The notes beneath the pieces were generated by a model, which ran no database searches, had not been told where the DNA came from, and worked only from the letters and a program-made list of their open reading frames with translations. From Octopus sinensis (taxonomy: Eukaryota): a DNA stretch of 64,000 nt. The stretch's first letter is position 1; each line of letters begins with the position of its first letter. Below are positions 63,000-64,000 of this stretch, piece after piece. The stretch lies in NCBI RefSeq assembly GCF_006345805.1, contig NC_043003.1, positions 105,028,001-105,092,000 of the forward strand. The letters are read 5' to 3'. A program made the translations under genes and the position numbers.

Positions 63000-63800
63000 C
63001 TAATTCTCAGTCAGCCCCTATACTCAATTTATCAAAGTTGCTGCAAAAACTAAAATATCGTCAACAGATGCACAAAGGGTGGCTGAAACTACAAAACAAG
63101 TTTTGAAAGATATAAGGAATAACGATTTATTGGCGAATTTCTGTGATGATGTTGTACCGCTGGCATGAACTCACTATTTCGCATCAGTATCTGTGTTCCT
63201 ACCAAAGCGAAAACCCTAGTAAAAACTGGAATGAGTATTGAGGAAGATGTATTAGAAGAGACCATTACAGATACTTTGGGCATTTTTTAGCTTTAGATAA
63301 ATTAATCCTTTCTGAAGACCAAGACTTTGATCCAGGGGAGTTACAAGATATGTAAGAAATATTAAATGCTGGACACATTGCTTCTGAGGGCAATTAGCAA
63401 ATTTTATTAAGGAGAGATACGAAGATAAGTCGATGACACTAATTCTTTGATAGTTCATCTTTCGGCGATTGAAGTTTCTAACTGCAGAGATTTCTGATAT
63501 TTAACTGACATTACCGACCATCTGAAGGAAAAAGTAATCGATATCAAATATCTAGTATCAGAGATTTGTACAATATGCCAACGTTTACTGGTAAATACTG
63601 TGCAATCTGCTCCGGCTGAACGAACATTTTATTCAAAGCCAATTGATTAAAAATAAAGTTTTGCCTTCGGTCCAGAATGACGCAACAGCCATTCCATTCT
63701 CTCACCAGACTTTCGTATCATAGAAAACAAACAGACAACTAACTCTAATTACAGTGGCATCGAAATTTACTTCATGAAATGAGAATCAACCAAAGAATTT
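63000..63800 (+). pseudogene. Decayed hAT transposase C-terminus (dimerisation domain)
   Basis: YLVSEICTICQRLLVNTVQSAPAERTF (from ~63549), then after frameshifts LRSRMTQQPFHSL, matching the hAT ...SSAxAERSFS...LRSTMTQERL motif. Confidence 0.75.
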
Positions 63801-64000
63801 TGGCAGATTCTGACTAGCGGGGGTGGAAAATTGAGGTAAAAAACAAAGTTTTATAATTACAACTGTTTTTTCACTGGCAACCTATAATTGAGGTTTTACA
63901 CCACATAATTACAAATTTCAATCAATGCCTTCCAAATCTTCCAGTCATGAAGTAACACATGTTACAATAATAGAGAAATCATTCATTTTGTTCTTCGTAT

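Overview
AT-rich, repeat-saturated animal genomic DNA. The SINE, MITE and microsatellite families look like those of Octopus/coleoid cephalopods (inference from recalled repeat families, not a database result). I find no credible host protein-coding exon, and most ORF-track entries are translations of microsatellites. Recognisable coding relics are all transposon-derived: a 5'-truncated but uninterrupted CR1-type LINE reverse transcriptase (24249-25239, -), two mariner transposase fragments, an RTE ORF2 fragment and a decayed hAT transposase C-terminus. A GC-rich ~950 bp dispersed 28S rRNA fragment lies at 59368-60319 (-). There are several non-autonomous Helitrons, including a seamless head-to-tail dimer with the CR1 nested inside it, hAT- and Merlin-like MITEs, and multimeric tRNA-derived SINE arrays with an invariant junction. 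The most interesting signal is a set of at least five unrelated short non-coding element families carrying type-I hammerhead ribozyme motifs with palindromic helix III. Most abut (TA)n microsatellites and some carry partial inverted duplications, consistent with non-autonomous Penelope-like elements/retrozymes. One motif is fully canonical (38727-38820), and one family has a compensatory G3-C8 swap of the catalytic C3-G8 pair (19617, 20745, 13791). A 1.1 kb tandem duplication at 19.35-21.55 kb differs almost only by homopolymer indels and may be an assembly artefact.
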